Of a stretch of 64,000 nucleotides of DNA, positions 1 to 15,011 are shown one piece after another (within the stretch, counting starts at the first letter, position 1; every line of letters starts with the position of its first letter). Below the pieces are notes generated by a model. That model was not told the DNA's origin, searched no databases, and was given only the letters and a program-made list of their open reading frames with translations. The stretch spans positions 5,394,001 to 5,458,000 of the forward strand of contig CM022677.1 in NCBI GenBank assembly GCA_012295275.1, written 5' to 3'. This DNA is from Chrysomallon squamiferum (taxonomy: Eukaryota; Animalia; Mollusca). Made by a program: the position numbers and the translations under genes.

Positions 1-383
1 ATGTTGATTAATAAAATAAAATTTGGCTGCCATCATATGACTTTTAAATTATAATTAAATAAAACGAAAGAGATCCAAACGCATTATCAATTATAATAAT
101 AAATAGTAATACCTGTCTCCTTCACAAAATGAAATGATAATGCGATTACCCCAATTCTGTAGAAAATTCTTTGAACGTCAATTAAGAAGGTAAATCCGTG
201 AAGACCGATAATCATCCCGCACTTTTCCGCAACTACTACACTACAAATAAAATTAAAATAAAACAAAAATAAAAATAATGTTCAAAACAAATAAAATAAA
301 ATAAAATAAAGGAGCATAACAACCTTTATTAAAATATACGTACTAATTATAAATCGATGTGGTTCATCTTTTATTTATTTATT

Positions 384-415
<32 letters not shown>

Positions 416-660
416 ATCTCATTATTAACCAATCGTTTACCGTGATCTTCAAATAACGGTGTTGTTATTCCCCTGCTTTTTCTTTCTTCTCATTATTTAT
501 ATGAATGCACCAAATAAAATCACATAGCTTACAATTCACACTACAATAACTTGCTTATTACTGTCCAGGAATATACCAATCTTTGATATACGTCTGAAAA
601 CATCGTCTGAAAAAAAAAAAAAAAAATACAGAGCGTACTTTCAGTTCATTTTAATTTTTA

Positions 661-718
<58 letters not shown>

Positions 719-3654
719 TAGGAAAAATAGAAGAAAACTTAAATGATATTCCATTATGTATACAGTTATCATATTTATTTTGTAAAACGAGCGCAGTTTA
801 CACTATGAATCATATAACATCACATACTTATAAAATAAGGTGATATTTTTAATTAAGGATACCTCTATTTTCACGAATAAATTATATAAACATTATATAA
901 ACATTATAAACAAGCGAAAATAAGCTGTCAGTTTTACTTAAGGATAACGCTATTTGCACTGTTCATTTTACCACTGAGTCATAAAAATACATTTTTATTC
1001 AAAATAAATTTTAAAAACGTGTGCACTATTTGTGTAGTAGTTTATACGGGATTTTAGTTACATTGTGATACAGAGAACATTCAAAGTTAGAGAGTAGCGG
1101 TGACACCAACCGTGTAAATTGTAAGAGAAGTCCGATATCTTGAATAACTATGAATATCCTTCCAGACTAGCTACCATTATTTCTCTGTTTAGAAAAAGTT
1201 AAGTATCAGCACTACATGTCTAATTATAAATATGTTTTGTGCTATTAGCGTTTATTAAGCAAATTTGACAGAATTCAACTGAGAGAGATTTTTTTGATTT
1301 TAGATATGTCTCCAAAAAAAATAATAACATTGTCTCAACAAAAACACTACGTTACTTTTGCTGAGTAACAAATTATTCTGACATGATATAGTAAACACAA
1401 CATCAATTACATTGAGAAATATCACATTAACATCACAGTTGCTAATGAATAATTAATTATTTGCTAATATCTAACAGCGAAACCTCAGCTTTTCAATACA
1501 CACCTGTCTACAAAAAGAAAATCAATATTTAATTACCATTTGAGGTGCAACTAAAACCCAATCCTGATTTTGTTAGTAACAGAGCAATTAGGAATTTGGA
1601 AGGCCTCTTTATTTCTAAATTATAGATGGAACTTCCGTGTTGTAATTTTAGCTTTGTATGTGACGACAAAAATATATAGAGAACATTGTGCAACTAAATT
1701 CAGATACCGCTTCGAAGTGTCCGTTTTAGTAAAAGTAACGTGAAATTTTACTTTGTTAATTCGAAATCATATAATAGAAAGGTGTAATTTTACTGTACGT
1801 GGAACTTAAATATTATGTACACTACAGAAAATATTGATAACCACAGTTAATATATTAGATATTACTGACAGTTATAAATGATAATTCTACATGGCGTCAT
1901 GAAAATAAGCGGTTTAATTACTTATAAAAAGAACAAGATGAAGATTAATTATGAGCAGTGATATTTACAGTTTGAAGGTTAATTATGTTGAGAAATGTTA
2001 ATCTCATATTTGATTAATTATCGTATATATTTATATCAGATTATATTGAAAAATATCAGAGTTAATTCCCTGAAATCACGATAGTGTAAACTGATTAGCT
2101 GAGAACAAAGAAGGTGAACATGTCATTTTATTATGCGAAGTTTATTTTTTTCATTACATTCATTACAAGGTGTACATCAGCGCAAGTTGTATAGTGTAAT
2201 ATATTTTACATTTCTTATTATACCTTATTATTATTAGATATTAAAATAACCACTCAACCAGTAACTATCAATGCGTCAGTGAAGCAGACACCATATTTGT
2301 CTTTGTCAACAGCTAAATACAACAACAACAACAACAATAATAACATTAAATATCTGCACTTAATATTTTTATTTTTATGTAAAAACGGAAGCTTCCTATA
2401 TATGTTTGACGCTATTCTCTTAGTTTCATTAGAACTGTTCTGAGTGCTGATATAAAAATGACTTCGAATTTTTTATTAGGCCTCGTAAAGTTATCAGAGA
2501 AATCAGATTTATTCTTAGTGTATTGTTTCTATCGAGATAAAAACTAAATACTTCTTTTTTTTTTAAAAGGAGATAATAATAATAATAAATTGATTTATTT
2601 ATAAATATATGAGAAATCGTGAACTTTTATAAAACCACAGTTAACTAAAGTATATCGCTGTTTACACTGATAATGTTACCCGATCGATAACAAAAAAAAC
2701 CCTAGTTTTATCACGTCTGTATTATTTATATGGCATTTAAAAATTATATTAATTAGAGATTATAGGTTATATTATTGAATAAATATGGAATTTGATTCTA
2801 GATTATTAACTTACTTTTCTCAGAGTTTAAACAAAAATAATGATATATTCTTAATTACATAATTTGATAAATACCAGCTGTTACAGAAATGTGTTCAAAG
2901 TTTTTGGTAGAGATGTTTATTGTATTCGTAAGAGTTCATTCACATTTATCTTAAAACTGCATTAATAATGAAAAAACAAGGCAAGAACAGAAACGGAAAT
3001 TTTTTTATTTATTCAAAAATAATAATAGTAATAAAAGTAAATAATAATAATAGCAATAACAATAATTAAAAACAGTAAGAATAATATAAAAACAACAACA
3101 ACAATAATGATAACTGTAAAATAACAATAACAATAATGATAATAATGATCACAGGAAAAAGAAACTGATGGCAAAAGAACAAAACAAAAAATAATGGAGT
3201 GAGGAAGAGGATCAAAGACGAAAATAACATGTATAAGTGAGACAGAAACATGAGGACAAAAAGAAAAAGTATAAAAAACCAACATTCTGGCTTTTGCCTG
3301 AGACACTACACAAACTGACACATTTCCTCACAGTCAGTCATTAATCATTCAGCAATAGTAACGCAACAAAATATTTTAAAGTGAGTGCTATCATCCAAAT
3401 ATTGAACTAACAGGCTTAGAGATCAAATTCTAGCTACACCTTCTATTCAGAATTAATTATAGAGATGTAAAATTACTACTCTCTCTGTTTAACTCGACTT
3501 CTAACATTCTAAGACTATTGTGAGAATATAGCTAAAATGCGCTTAAACTATATTTTTACAATATAATAAAATCAGCTCAAAATATGTATTGTTTCCCAAA
3601 AATAAGAAATAAAAAACATAAAAAATATAAAAAATAAAAGATACAGCATCTCTT

Positions 3655-4540
3655 CTGCATCAGCTGTCAGATTCACATCCTGCTCTGTCTCAATAAAAGG
3701 ACCGCAAGTAAATGGAAGGGTAGAACTGATCACTGGTAAACATTCTCACTTATGGTTAATAAAACTGATTATCATATCGGGGAGATATTTAGGAGAATTT
3801 AATGCTGGGTTACGGCTATGACAGAGGTGTCTGTGTCCTATGTCGTCTGGAAGATAATCAGACTAGGTATCTGAAAATGTTACAGTAGATGTTACAGTAC
3901 TCAGTATTCACTATATCTTGTGAATCCAATAACTGTGGACATTTTTCTGAGATGCAATTAGTCACATCTTCTGACTGAAATATTTAAACAGTATTAAAAT
4001 AACAAACAGATTTCTTAATATGAGAGATAATTATGCAGGACACGAAATGGCCAGTCGCCAGGTCACCAAATGCGACCAAAGTTCTGTTTAGTTAATTTGG
4101 AAGTAAGAAATATTATGGTTATCGCCCCTAAAAATATTATTTGGATGACCTGTTTTTTGCTAAAAGTTATAACACAAGATAATAATTTTATAATAATTTT
4201 ATCGAAATATTGATTTCACATAAAACGAGTGCCCATAGTTCCATAAGTTGGACGTATCGGCTTACATAATTTGCTAACACCTATTTATAAACAGTACGTA
4301 ACAGGATTATCGGTTGGTTAACGGAACAAGTTATCATAGGAGATAACTCTGAAACTAATTGTTTGCTATTGTTTTTCCTTTTCAATTCCACCTTTAATGG
4401 GCTAAAGTGAAATCAACGAGCAAATTTAGCGAATTTTTAGCGCTTTACGTTAATAATTATCGGTTGGTTAACGGAACAAGTTATCATGGAAAATAACTCT
4501 ATAACCTTGTATTTGCTATTGTTTTTCGTTTTCACACGCT
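3655..4540. repeat. Dispersed repeat, paralogous to 41875-42475 and 54824-55403
   Basis: catcagctgtcagattcacatcctgctctgtctcaata... and the internally duplicated block ttatcggttggttaacggaacaagttatcat (~4308, ~4457) recur at ~41875/~42241/~42392 and in the second duplicate copy. Confidence 0.8.
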
Positions 4541-4620
4541 AAACTTTACTCACTGTCATTTCACGTTGCTTTCCTTTAATTTTTATTTCTTTTGAAAAAT
4601 CCAAGTGTTTAATACTATAA

Positions 4621-4668
<48 letters not shown>

Positions 4669-6646
4669 TTCCATTTTTGTCAAGGTTTGTTTGGAAATGT
4701 CTTACCAGCTGATTTGTATAACTAGGATTAAATTTTTGTGGCGATTTTAATTAATAAAGAATTTTCGTATTTAATTTTAGATGTTGACAAATTAAGGTAA
4801 GCCGATACTTTTAAATTATCGAACAAACCTTTGATCTGACATAAATATTTGCTACAAACTTATTAATAGTGGCTCTTGTGTTATAACTTATAGAAACAAA
4901 AAATGATGATCCAAAAAATACTTTTTAGGCGACTAAACTTAAATTTTTTAATTTTTTTATTTCGAGCCTTGTGCTTACTGACATAACGTGCATAATCATC
5001 AGCTTCAAAAGTTGAAAATGTCAGTAATAGATAATCATAAGAAGAAGAAGAAAAAAGTAATTTTTCTAAAATAATATTATTTATTCATGTTAGTGACTGT
5101 GATAGAATTAACTATGGAAATAAGAACATTTTAAGTGTCAAATCAGTTGTAATATATTTTATCTGGATAAACAACTCATTAAAATGATTTTTATAAATAA
5201 GAAATTTTTGTCATCTGAATTAGGACAGTTATTTCAAATAATTTACCACTGTATAAGTATTATAAGAATTCGGATCTTTTTTTTTTTGTTTTGCTGCTGA
5301 AAAAGATATGATATTTCTGGGAGTTCTTCAAAGCACTCCAATGAAGAATGCAGAGAGAATTTGTAATGGTTTTTTCATTAGTATTTTCCCTGTTTAAGCA
5401 GCAGTTAATTTGTAATTTCTCCTTCATTTGTATAGAGGACATTTGGATGTGTGTGTTTGGGGGGGGGGGTACTGGTGTCTGCTTATATCTTTTATTGTTT
5501 GTTTACAGCATTAGTCAGAACAAACTCACAGCTTTATTGAAGCATTGCAGACTGAATGGGGTAACTCCAAGAGAGAAAAGAAATCTGGCAGAAGAAAATT
5601 AATTCACACACCTTTACATGTGATGACAGAGAAAGGATAGTTCAATTTCTGTAGCATGTTCATCAAGATTATGATTAATTTTGTCTGAATCAGTCGCTGG
5701 ATTCAAAGGGAGTAATTTGAAAATACTGTCTACATGTGAGACTAATTCTTCACTTTGGAGGGAGTATCAACAGACTGCTATTGCACAGGGTAAGAATTCA
5801 TTTGAATAATGTGTAATTTTTCTACCAGATTAAGTGATATTTACTGGAATCAGTTCTGAAACATATTTAAAGGAGTAAATATAATTTTAAGGATATTGTA
5901 TTAATTCATAGATTAATTGATTTTTATATTGGAGTATGTTTTTGTTTATTATTTTAAATTTTGTTTTTATTTTTATTTTTATGAAAAAGCTAATTATCTT
6001 CTTCAGTTTCATTTGTCAGTACAGAAAGTTTACATTCCAAACAGCCCAAACCAGCCAGAACCAGTTTACTTCCTTGTGTCAAGAAAATGTTGAACTTTTA
6101 AAATATGTTCTGAAACTGTCAGCAAATCTATCAGCTGGTGAGTCAGTAAATCTATTAATTAAATAATTTATATAATTATTTTCTTTTGGAGTATTTGCTT
6201 TTTGTTTAACCTGTGTCTGTTCTATTTTATGTTATCTTTTTGAATTTATTTAGTAAAACATTTGTGTCTATTTATTTGTTTGAATTAAAGTTTGGCTCTC
6301 AGTTTTTCACCGTTGCTATCAAGATGTTTTTAAATGTAAATTCAATGTTTAATTCATTGAATGTGTCATGTAGCATTAGGTGTTCACTGGAAAAATGTGG
6401 ACAGAGAATAAAGTAATATTTCATGGTTTCAGAAATTCTACAGCTACAGTTTAGTGTTGTGTTTATTTTATATTTGATTTTGATTGTGTTTAGATTGGTG
6501 GAGTAGTTGATTCTCAGTTTGGTAAGGTTTTTATTTAGTTTGTTACTAATATGATTTTGGGTTTTGATGATGAAAGGTGTAACTAATGTTGATTTTATTT
6601 CTTTACTATTTGCTGATTGCAACATTTCAATATGGCTGACTGATGT

Positions 6647-6745
6647 TTAAAAATTATGTGAAAAGTGAGTTTTAAATGGTTGATCAGGGCCTAACTTAAA
6701 AATTATGTGAAAAGTGAGTTTTAAATGGTTGATCAGGGCCTAACT
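6647..6745. repeat. Perfect tandem duplication of a 49-bp unit
   Basis: ttaaaaattatgtgaaaagtgagttttaaatggttgatcagggcctaac occurs twice back to back. Confidence 0.9.
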
Positions 6746-8711
6746 CTTTCATGAGATGTTTATTACTGAGAGTGGATTTTAACACAGTATTTTAGTATCT
6801 GTGGTTTTTATCTGTATTTCAAGTGTTTGTATATTTTATTCTAACATGAGACTGTCAGGCAGTGTGATGCTTGGTAAAAGTTTTTACAAGATGTGACTAT
6901 CTTCTGTACATGGCTGTTGAATGTGACTACCAAAAATTTGAATGATTTTCTTTATTATTAAATGGTTATCTATTTTTAGTGTTATTTTGCTGTTATCTTT
7001 CTTTTCTTTTTTTCTTTTACTTTATTAGAGAGGAGGGATGCTGTCTAAGTGAAATCTTTATCTCTCAGTTTAAAGGCAGTCATTCAAGTTGTTTAGGTTT
7101 GTTTGTATTTGGTTGTTTAGAGATCTGCCTGCACAGCAGAAATCTATGAATACTGTAATTTTTTAATTTTTTATTTACTGAATGGAATTTAGTAAACTTT
7201 TTTATTGTTTTGTTATTTACTTGTTAAATTATTGTTTTTTAAGTGTTTGTTCAGGTGTGTGTTTTACATGTGTAAGTTAGTGTAACTGTTCTGTAGTTGA
7301 TTGGTAGTGAATGGTATTTGTAAGGTTTATGCAAGTTTCCAGTCTGTTGGTATCTTTCCTGTTTATCAAGTTACATTAAAAAGACCAAGTATTATTACTC
7401 AAGTTTTTGACTATTTTGTATTTTTCAAATGTGGACTGATTTTATTTTTGGATTTAAAAAAAAAAAATTATGTTGTCTTCTGTATTTATTTATTTCCAAT
7501 CAGTCCACCACTCAGTGGATATTTTGTTGGTGCAGTTTTTGGTTTTAGTTTTGTGTTCAGTGACAGCCAAGTCTAGCATGTTGGTACGTGAAGTGCAATG
7601 TGTGTCAGTTTCGTTTGTCTTTTTTTGTTCAGTATATTTCCATGCTTTGTAGAATTCTTCCCATTTGGGTGTAAATATTGAGTTATTTGAGAAGGTTTTC
7701 TAGCTATAGTAATTTGTGAGTGTAGGGTGGTGGTCACAATTCAACTCATTTAGAATTTCTCATTGACTCGGTGCTGCAGTGTGTTTGCTGTTAGTGTTAA
7801 ATCAGTGGTGAACTGGACACACTGGTGAAGGTGAATGTGTCATCATTAAGACAAACAAGAATGGAAAGACCTGGGTTAGGTGTTTATCATGTGAGAGATA
7901 TGTTTTGTGTTAATAGATATTCTTTTGTTGAAACTATTTAATTTTACTGGGCTGTGTTTACAATTTTCTTCATGTAGTTCCTGATAGTTTTCATGTTTTG
8001 TGAGATATCAGAACTGGGTAGAGTTTCTATGGTGATGGACACTGCAGTAGCTGCATGCTAATGACTTGAGTTTTATCACTGTGTACATTTTGTTGTGTGT
8101 CTGCAGGTCTGTCAGAGGCCACACTCAGGTAACTGTGACTCATTTCTGTCTGTTGATTGATGTAGCTGTCAGTATTAATTGTTGTCATGGTAGATTTGTT
8201 GTTAAAGGTAAGTGTGGTCCAGTAGGTTGCTCTCGCCCCCCTCCCCCATTTATGTCTGTGTGTGCATATATTCGTGTGTGTTTGTCTACATGTAAAATTA
8301 ATTATTATTTATTTATTTGTTTTTTTAAATGAAAATATCTATAATCAGCACTATTTTAAAAGCTCAATCAAAGTACAGTCGGTTTTACATTTCTACAAAT
8401 AGGTTTACAAATAAAAAGTAGGTCATATGCAAATGAGGTGTTAGATTGATGGAATTTCATTGGTGGAGACTTGCTGACACTGTAATCTAGTGGATTATTC
8501 AGTTGTTGAATTAGATACATAAAGTAGAGAACATAACTTTTTGTTCTTGAATTAAATTTGAAAATTGTTTGTTAAATTAATTATTCTGGTAAGAAATTCT
8601 TATTATATGTTTATTTTTCCAGTGTTTAATTTTGCAGGTAGCAGAGTCTTCTGAAATGAATAGCATATTTTAGTATTTTATTTTATTTTTAAATATTTAG
8701 TTTATTAAAAC

Positions 8712-8748
<37 letters not shown>

Positions 8749-8879
8749 TACATTATCAAAAATTTTACATTAAATAGCTTTAAGAATGATAAAATGGATT
8801 GAATCAAGAAAATTCACAAAAATATGTTTAATTTGGTTACATACTATACTAATTTCAAATTCTTTCTTTTCTTCCCCAG

Positions 8880-10153
8880 CTTCCCCAGGCGGCCTAGAAC
8901 TTTCTGAAAGGGGAGATAATCAAGCTGAACAACACGTTGGCACATGAAAGAGATCAGTTAGAAAAAACAACTGACTAAATGTCAGGTAAGAATTTTTTGT
9001 TGTTTGTTTTTGTTGTTTTAGTATTATTATTTTTATCCTACATTAAACTGTGAAATTAAATATCCAGCTCACTTTTAATGTTGTTATTCTGGTAACAGTA
9101 ATAAGAAGATAGCCTGGCTAGAAAATAACATGTTTGGCAACAACTCTTGGTGATGATTTAAAGTTATTCAGGCTATCTTTCTGATAAACATTTAGAAAAT
9201 ATTTATGTTAATGTGATAATTAAATTTAAATAAAAAAAAAGAGTTTCATTTTATTATTTATTAACTTGCTTCCTTTTTTGGTTATTTATGTATTTATTTG
9301 ATTATATTTTTATGATGTTTTATTAATCAGACACATAGCTTTATTGTCTTTATTCAGATGTAAAATAATACATGTGTTTGCTGTCTTTCATTGTTTTTAA
9401 TGCAGTTTAAACACATAATGAAACAGTAGTATATATGTCAGAAACAAAATGAAACATAGTGTTTTGTCATTATTCAGCTATAAAATGTTATCTTTAGCTT
9501 GCTGTTCTTACCAAATTCCAGAAATGAGTAAAGATATTTGAACATTGTCTTTTTTGTTTTCTGTGTAGAGAAGAAGATGAGTTTGAAGACTTGGACAAAA
9601 GCAATAATGGAGGAAGTATCAACGAGAATAATACAAATGGCTCCCAGTCTGTGAGTCCTGGTAACCATCTACTTTTATATTTATTTTTTGATGGTGCAGT
9701 TACTGATTATTTAGTCTAGTTTTAGATTGACATCCAATTGTTTTAAAAGTTTATTAATTTTAATTTACTGTATAAATAGCTATTATATTATATATAAATA
9801 ATATAATGTTTGGGATTTTTTAATTATTAAATTACAATAATTTTTTAAATGTTTAATTTTTGTTATTTAGATACTGTTAGAAGGAATTAAAAAAAAAGTA
9901 CCAAATAATCAGTCAATCAGTTAATTTGATCAGAAAAAAAAAAAAAAAAAAAATAAATAAATTCACTTCATGTTCTTTTTATCCTTTAATTACTAAATAA
10001 ATAACCATGTATCCACAACATTAAAACTGAGAATAATTATAAATTAACTTAAGAAATAAAAATATATGTTTTTTAGAAATAGGTAATGAAATAAACATGA
10101 ATTTTCCCAATTGTCTGGAGACTGAGTCAATCATTGACAAAGAGAAAAGACTT
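8880..10153 (+). pseudogene. MCC: MCC (colorectal mutant cancer protein)-like pseudogene fragment, copy 1
   Basis: Exon-like blocks 8880-8985 (AG/GT bounded, indels), 9569-9660 (REEDEFEDLDKSNNGGSINENN) and 10077-gap are paralogous, with their flanking introns, to exons 26410-26523, 27636-27717 and 27897+. The YEERVTELHSVIAEL exon is missing here. Runs into an assembly gap. Confidence 0.7.
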
Positions 10154-10353
10154 NNNNNNNNNNNNNNNNNNNNNNNNNNNNNNNNNNNNNNNNNNNNNNN
10201 NNNNNNNNNNNNNNNNNNNNNNNNNNNNNNNNNNNNNNNNNNNNNNNNNNNNNNNNNNNNNNNNNNNNNNNNNNNNNNNNNNNNNNNNNNNNNNNNNNNN
10301 NNNNNNNNNNNNNNNNNNNNNNNNNNNNNNNNNNNNNNNNNNNNNNNNNNNNN
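10154..10353. other. Assembly gap (200 N)
   Basis: Run of N. Confidence 1.
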
Positions 10354-10654
10354 ACAGAACTGTTTTTCTATCATTGTCTGAATCAGTAAGTTACACTACT
10401 TTTACAATGAAAAGAAAAAATTACTTTTTGTTCTTTTTTTATTAAGATTTTTCTTCTTTTTTTCTTTCTTTCTTAATTAATATTATATTTTGAAAATATT
10501 TTTTGACAACAAACTAAATTCTTATGGAAAAATGAAAAATAAATGCGATCAAGAAAAGAACAATTATTTTTAAAGATCATGTTAATTTTATAGCAAATTA
10601 TCATTAATTGTTGTTGTTGTTGTTATTATTATTATTATTATTATTTTCTCAAAA

Positions 10655-10657
<3 letters not shown>

Positions 10658-10752
<95 letters not shown>

Positions 10753-10994
10753 TGTTGAATGAGAGTATTAAAATATATTTGCATTTTTACTGTTGTTCGT
10801 AAAAATGCAAATGTATGAAATTTTTGGTGTAAAATGAAAAGTTTATAAAATATGAATAATAAACATGAAAATTAACTCAGAATAGTCTGCAGTTTTCATT
10901 ATCAACAATGGAATATATTTATATATCCATTTCAAAAATCTAGTTTCTTTCACAATAAACAGCAACATCTTATGACGTACAATGAACATTACAA

Positions 10995-11063
<69 letters not shown>
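10658..11063. repeat. Two long (GA)n microsatellites (representative of many SSRs in the window)
   Basis: (GA)n at ~10658-10749 and ~10998-11063. Similar (ATT)n, (GT)n, (TA)n, (CT)n and (CTA)n tracts occur throughout. Confidence 0.95.
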
Positions 11064-11068
<5 letters not shown>

Positions 11069-11368
11069 GTACAGATAAAAATAAACTTAGAGACAGACTG
11101 ACTGATAGAGAGACTGAAAGAATATAGAAATATTTATAAATAGATGAATAACAGACTCATAGAAAGGAACAAAGATAAATAGAAAGCCAACGAGGAACGT
11201 AAACAGATAGCCAGACGAATAGAGAGCGAAAGAGAATTTAGGTAGGACGTACATGAACGGAAATAGAATTATGGATTGATAGAAAATGCGACAAGTAGGT
11301 ATATTAGATATAATAATAATATATTTTAATACAGATGACACGCTCAGAAAATAAGTAGACAAATAACC

Positions 11369-11710
11369 TTAGGAACAATGCCAGTACGACGGCAACGACT
11401 GCGACATTAATAGAAATTACAAAAAATAAATTTTAGAAGGCGATACGCCAGCTCAGAAAGTATGAGGAATAATTAATAAAAGGCGCTAAAGAATAATGAG
11501 AAGTACTCCAAGAAAGCTAGGAACAACGTCGTTACGACGGCAACGATGGTGATATTAATAGAAATAGTAATAATACATTTTTCTAAAGGATTTGATCGCT
11601 AAGGAAATATGAATAATAGTTAATAAAAAGCAAAAGAATAATGGTAATTACACCTAAAACATTAGGAACAACCCCTTCACGACTGCAATAACGGCAACAT
11701 CGAAAAAGAT
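11369..11710. repeat. Degenerate tandem repeat, ~147-bp period, ~2.3 units
   Basis: taggaacaa..acgacggcaacga..attaatagaaat recurs at ~11370, ~11518 and ~11663. Confidence 0.75.
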
Positions 11711-12768
11711 AATAATAATATATGCTGATGAGGAATAGACTTTATAAGATAAAACTGAGATTAGTAAAATTTGTATTAGTAGTACGTCTGCTTACTTTAT
11801 AACCTTCTCACAAAATTTTCTGCCGATAATTTAACAAAGCAAAACGGTTTATCTTTCAATTGCTAGCAGCAGAGCTACGTGTGTTTGTTTATTCGTGATA
11901 ATGATGCCTAACAGCACCAGCAAAGTGAATGTGGCAGTTACGTAATATTTTATTACCTTTATTATAGAATTCAGAGCTAGAGAAGGATATTATTTTTCTT
12001 TAAAAATTGAGAAATATAAATAAATGTGCAATTTTAAAATGTAAAAATTACACAGAAAAATGTTTCAAGGTGTCAGAAAATGGGAATATTTTATAATAAA
12101 AGATATGAACGTGATATTTTGATAGGAATTTTACTAGAGAAAACCTGAATAGTGCGAAATGTAGAATGTACACAAGAATCTTGCTACATCGCAGTTCTTT
12201 GTCAGCATGCTTCGGTAGTTATAAAGATTTGTTCGGTATCATTCGTCATTTTCCGGCTACGAACGCAGTCGCATGTCATATGTAAAATTATTATTATTAT
12301 ACAGCTGAATGACAAAATTAGTATATTTTTATATAGTTTTTACCTCGGAAAATGTTTATAAAGGGTAGTCATTTATTGATTTATTTATTTATTGAAACTA
12401 CTGTCGTAATCGAGACCTGTCTTCAACTCGCAGCAGACCGTTTTACTCTTGAACGATGAACGATAAAAGAAAGAATAACGTTGTATAACAATAAATGTTC
12501 GCTTATTAATATTATTATTTATCTCCAAAACAGACATCGCAGGAATAAATCCTACTTTCAGGAACTAGATGTTAGATTCTAATCATATTTATGTAAATCA
12601 TTTTCAGTTTTACAAACAATGGAAGTTTACTAAACATTTCTTTCTTTTTGTTTACAGTAAAGCTGGAGAAGTAAATATAATAATCCTACATCCCAGTTTG
12701 GAAATGTGTTACAGTTTTGTTTTGTTATCTTATAAGTGGATTTAAAATCACCACGGTGTGCGTGTGTT

Positions 12769-12804
<36 letters not shown>

Positions 12805-13297
12805 GTAAATATATTTGATTTCATTTTATTTTTATTTTTATTTTTTTCATTTAACAGTGAAAAAACAATTATTTAAATACAATGTTAATTAAATTAATAA
12901 ATGAATAAACTATAATCATATACTTCGAAAAATGAAAATTACTAGTGTAATAATATCTCCCATGCACATGCGCAGTCTATTAAGATTTACGTCAGTGGAT
13001 TTAAATTCGGGTATAAATAAAACATCCAACGGTTTTACGTCAGTTGACATGCGAATGCCAATACTAGTAGGTCACATTTTTTTTTTTTTTTTTTTTTTAA
13101 ATTTATTATTAGACCAAAGTGATTTATTTTTTAAAATTTATTATAATCAGTAATAGCAGTTAACTGTATATTTAGTTAAAATATTATTATTATTATTATA
13201 AATAATTCTTCTTCTATAAGAACAGCAATTACGAAATGAATTCGAATAAAATCTTAACTTTCTTATTATTTTTATTTTATATTTATTTATTTACTCA

Positions 13298-13352
<55 letters not shown>

Positions 13353-14199
13353 TTAATTTCAAACAAAAATAACTGTGGGGGTTTTAATTTCCGGAAGTTT
13401 ATATAAAATCTAACTAAAAAGTACGCTAAATAACGGAGACTCGCGAAATTTGCCGAGTACTGACGGGCAATACAAACACATTTACTGGGCGAGACCATTT
13501 TGGTAAAGGTTTTCTTTACTGATAAAGAAGAACTCAAACAATTCTGAAGACATTATTTTAAAACGCAATTAGGAAATTCCATCATGAAATAAATAAAAAA
13601 AATAAAAAAATATCATAATAATATTATTTAAAAAATAAATATATGATAAAATGAAACAAAATAAACTGACTAATAAACACAATAAAATAAAGTAAGGAAA
13701 AAGAGGAAAAAAGACAAATTATAAAATAAGCTTATTATTAAAATAGATTTTTGCATTTTTCTATGTATATGACTATATTACCTCTTAATCTAATAGCTTT
13801 ATCTACTTTTTACAAAAATATCAATTTAATGTAAACTCTAGTAATTTATCAGCCGTCTTCATACCTACCACTCTAAATACCAACGTACCAATATTCCCTT
13901 ACAAACATACAATCGGCTATGAATTGCAAATCTGTCTATATATCTATCTAAATAATCTCTCCCTGTCAGTCTGTCTGTCTGTAGGTATTCTAAAGTGCTC
14001 CATTTTTTGGTCTGCCCCTCTGTTTTAACTTATTTCTACTGATGTTTGTATCTTTATCGTTATGTTTATTTCACGAATGTTACAAAAATAATCACAACAT
14101 CAGAAGGATCTTTGATTATGTTTCTGCAAGTGTGTATCGGTTATAAATAATAATAAAATAATTATATTTATAATAGAATGAATTTATGAATTTTCAAAG

Positions 14200-14236
<37 letters not shown>

Positions 14237-14634
14237 TCAAATAAATGATTTTGCCAACTTTATATGTAAATAAATGTTAGCAGAGTTTGGAAGACACAGT
14301 TGACATATTATGAAACGAGCCTATAAAACGTTTTCTTCAAAATGGCAATATTAAGAAATCTAAAACTTTGGAACAATTTGACTGACAATTTCAAATATTT
14401 TGTTTCTGAAATCAGGATAAAAAGTTACTCAACCTTGTATTTCCTAAACTGAAAATCACTTTTCAGTACCTAACAACTCCTCCAACAACAAAAACCAACA
14501 AGAACAATAATATTGATAAAAAAAAGTAACATTGATAATAACAATACTTGAAATATAAATATAAGTTTTAACAGCTATGACACTATAAAATAATAAATTT
14601 CATGATATGAAATCACATCACATATAAACATTAA

Positions 14635-14675
<41 letters not shown>

Positions 14676-15011
14676 GATAACAGATTTTAATTTATTTTGA
14701 ATGCATTTTTAAAATCACCATCCACAAACAATTTAAACCCTGTACACCTGTCATTTTAGACGCGAAACTCACATTATGTAATAAACTCATGCAAAGTTCC
14801 AAGCTATTAGCCCTGGTTGTAAAATCCTTGTGCAAAGATTAACGTTAGTAAAACAAACAGATAAAACGTATAAGTGAAAAAAATGTACTGCCATTAAAAA
14901 ATGAAATAAAAATAGAAATAATTCTAACAACAGAAATAAAATTAATAGATATTTTTGGATTATATGAAATTTTGTTTTCTCCTACAATGTTATTGCAGTT
15001 ATCAATACGAA

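Noticed and set aside
3013-8332. Many short hydrophobic or low-complexity ORFs in the track
   Set aside because: They arise from AT-rich or simple-repeat sequence and show no recognisable domains. Possible exons near 5700-5790 and 6006-6137 could not be assigned.
10021-10445. ORFs spanning N runs (also 49493-49967)
   Set aside because: Artefacts of assembly gaps.
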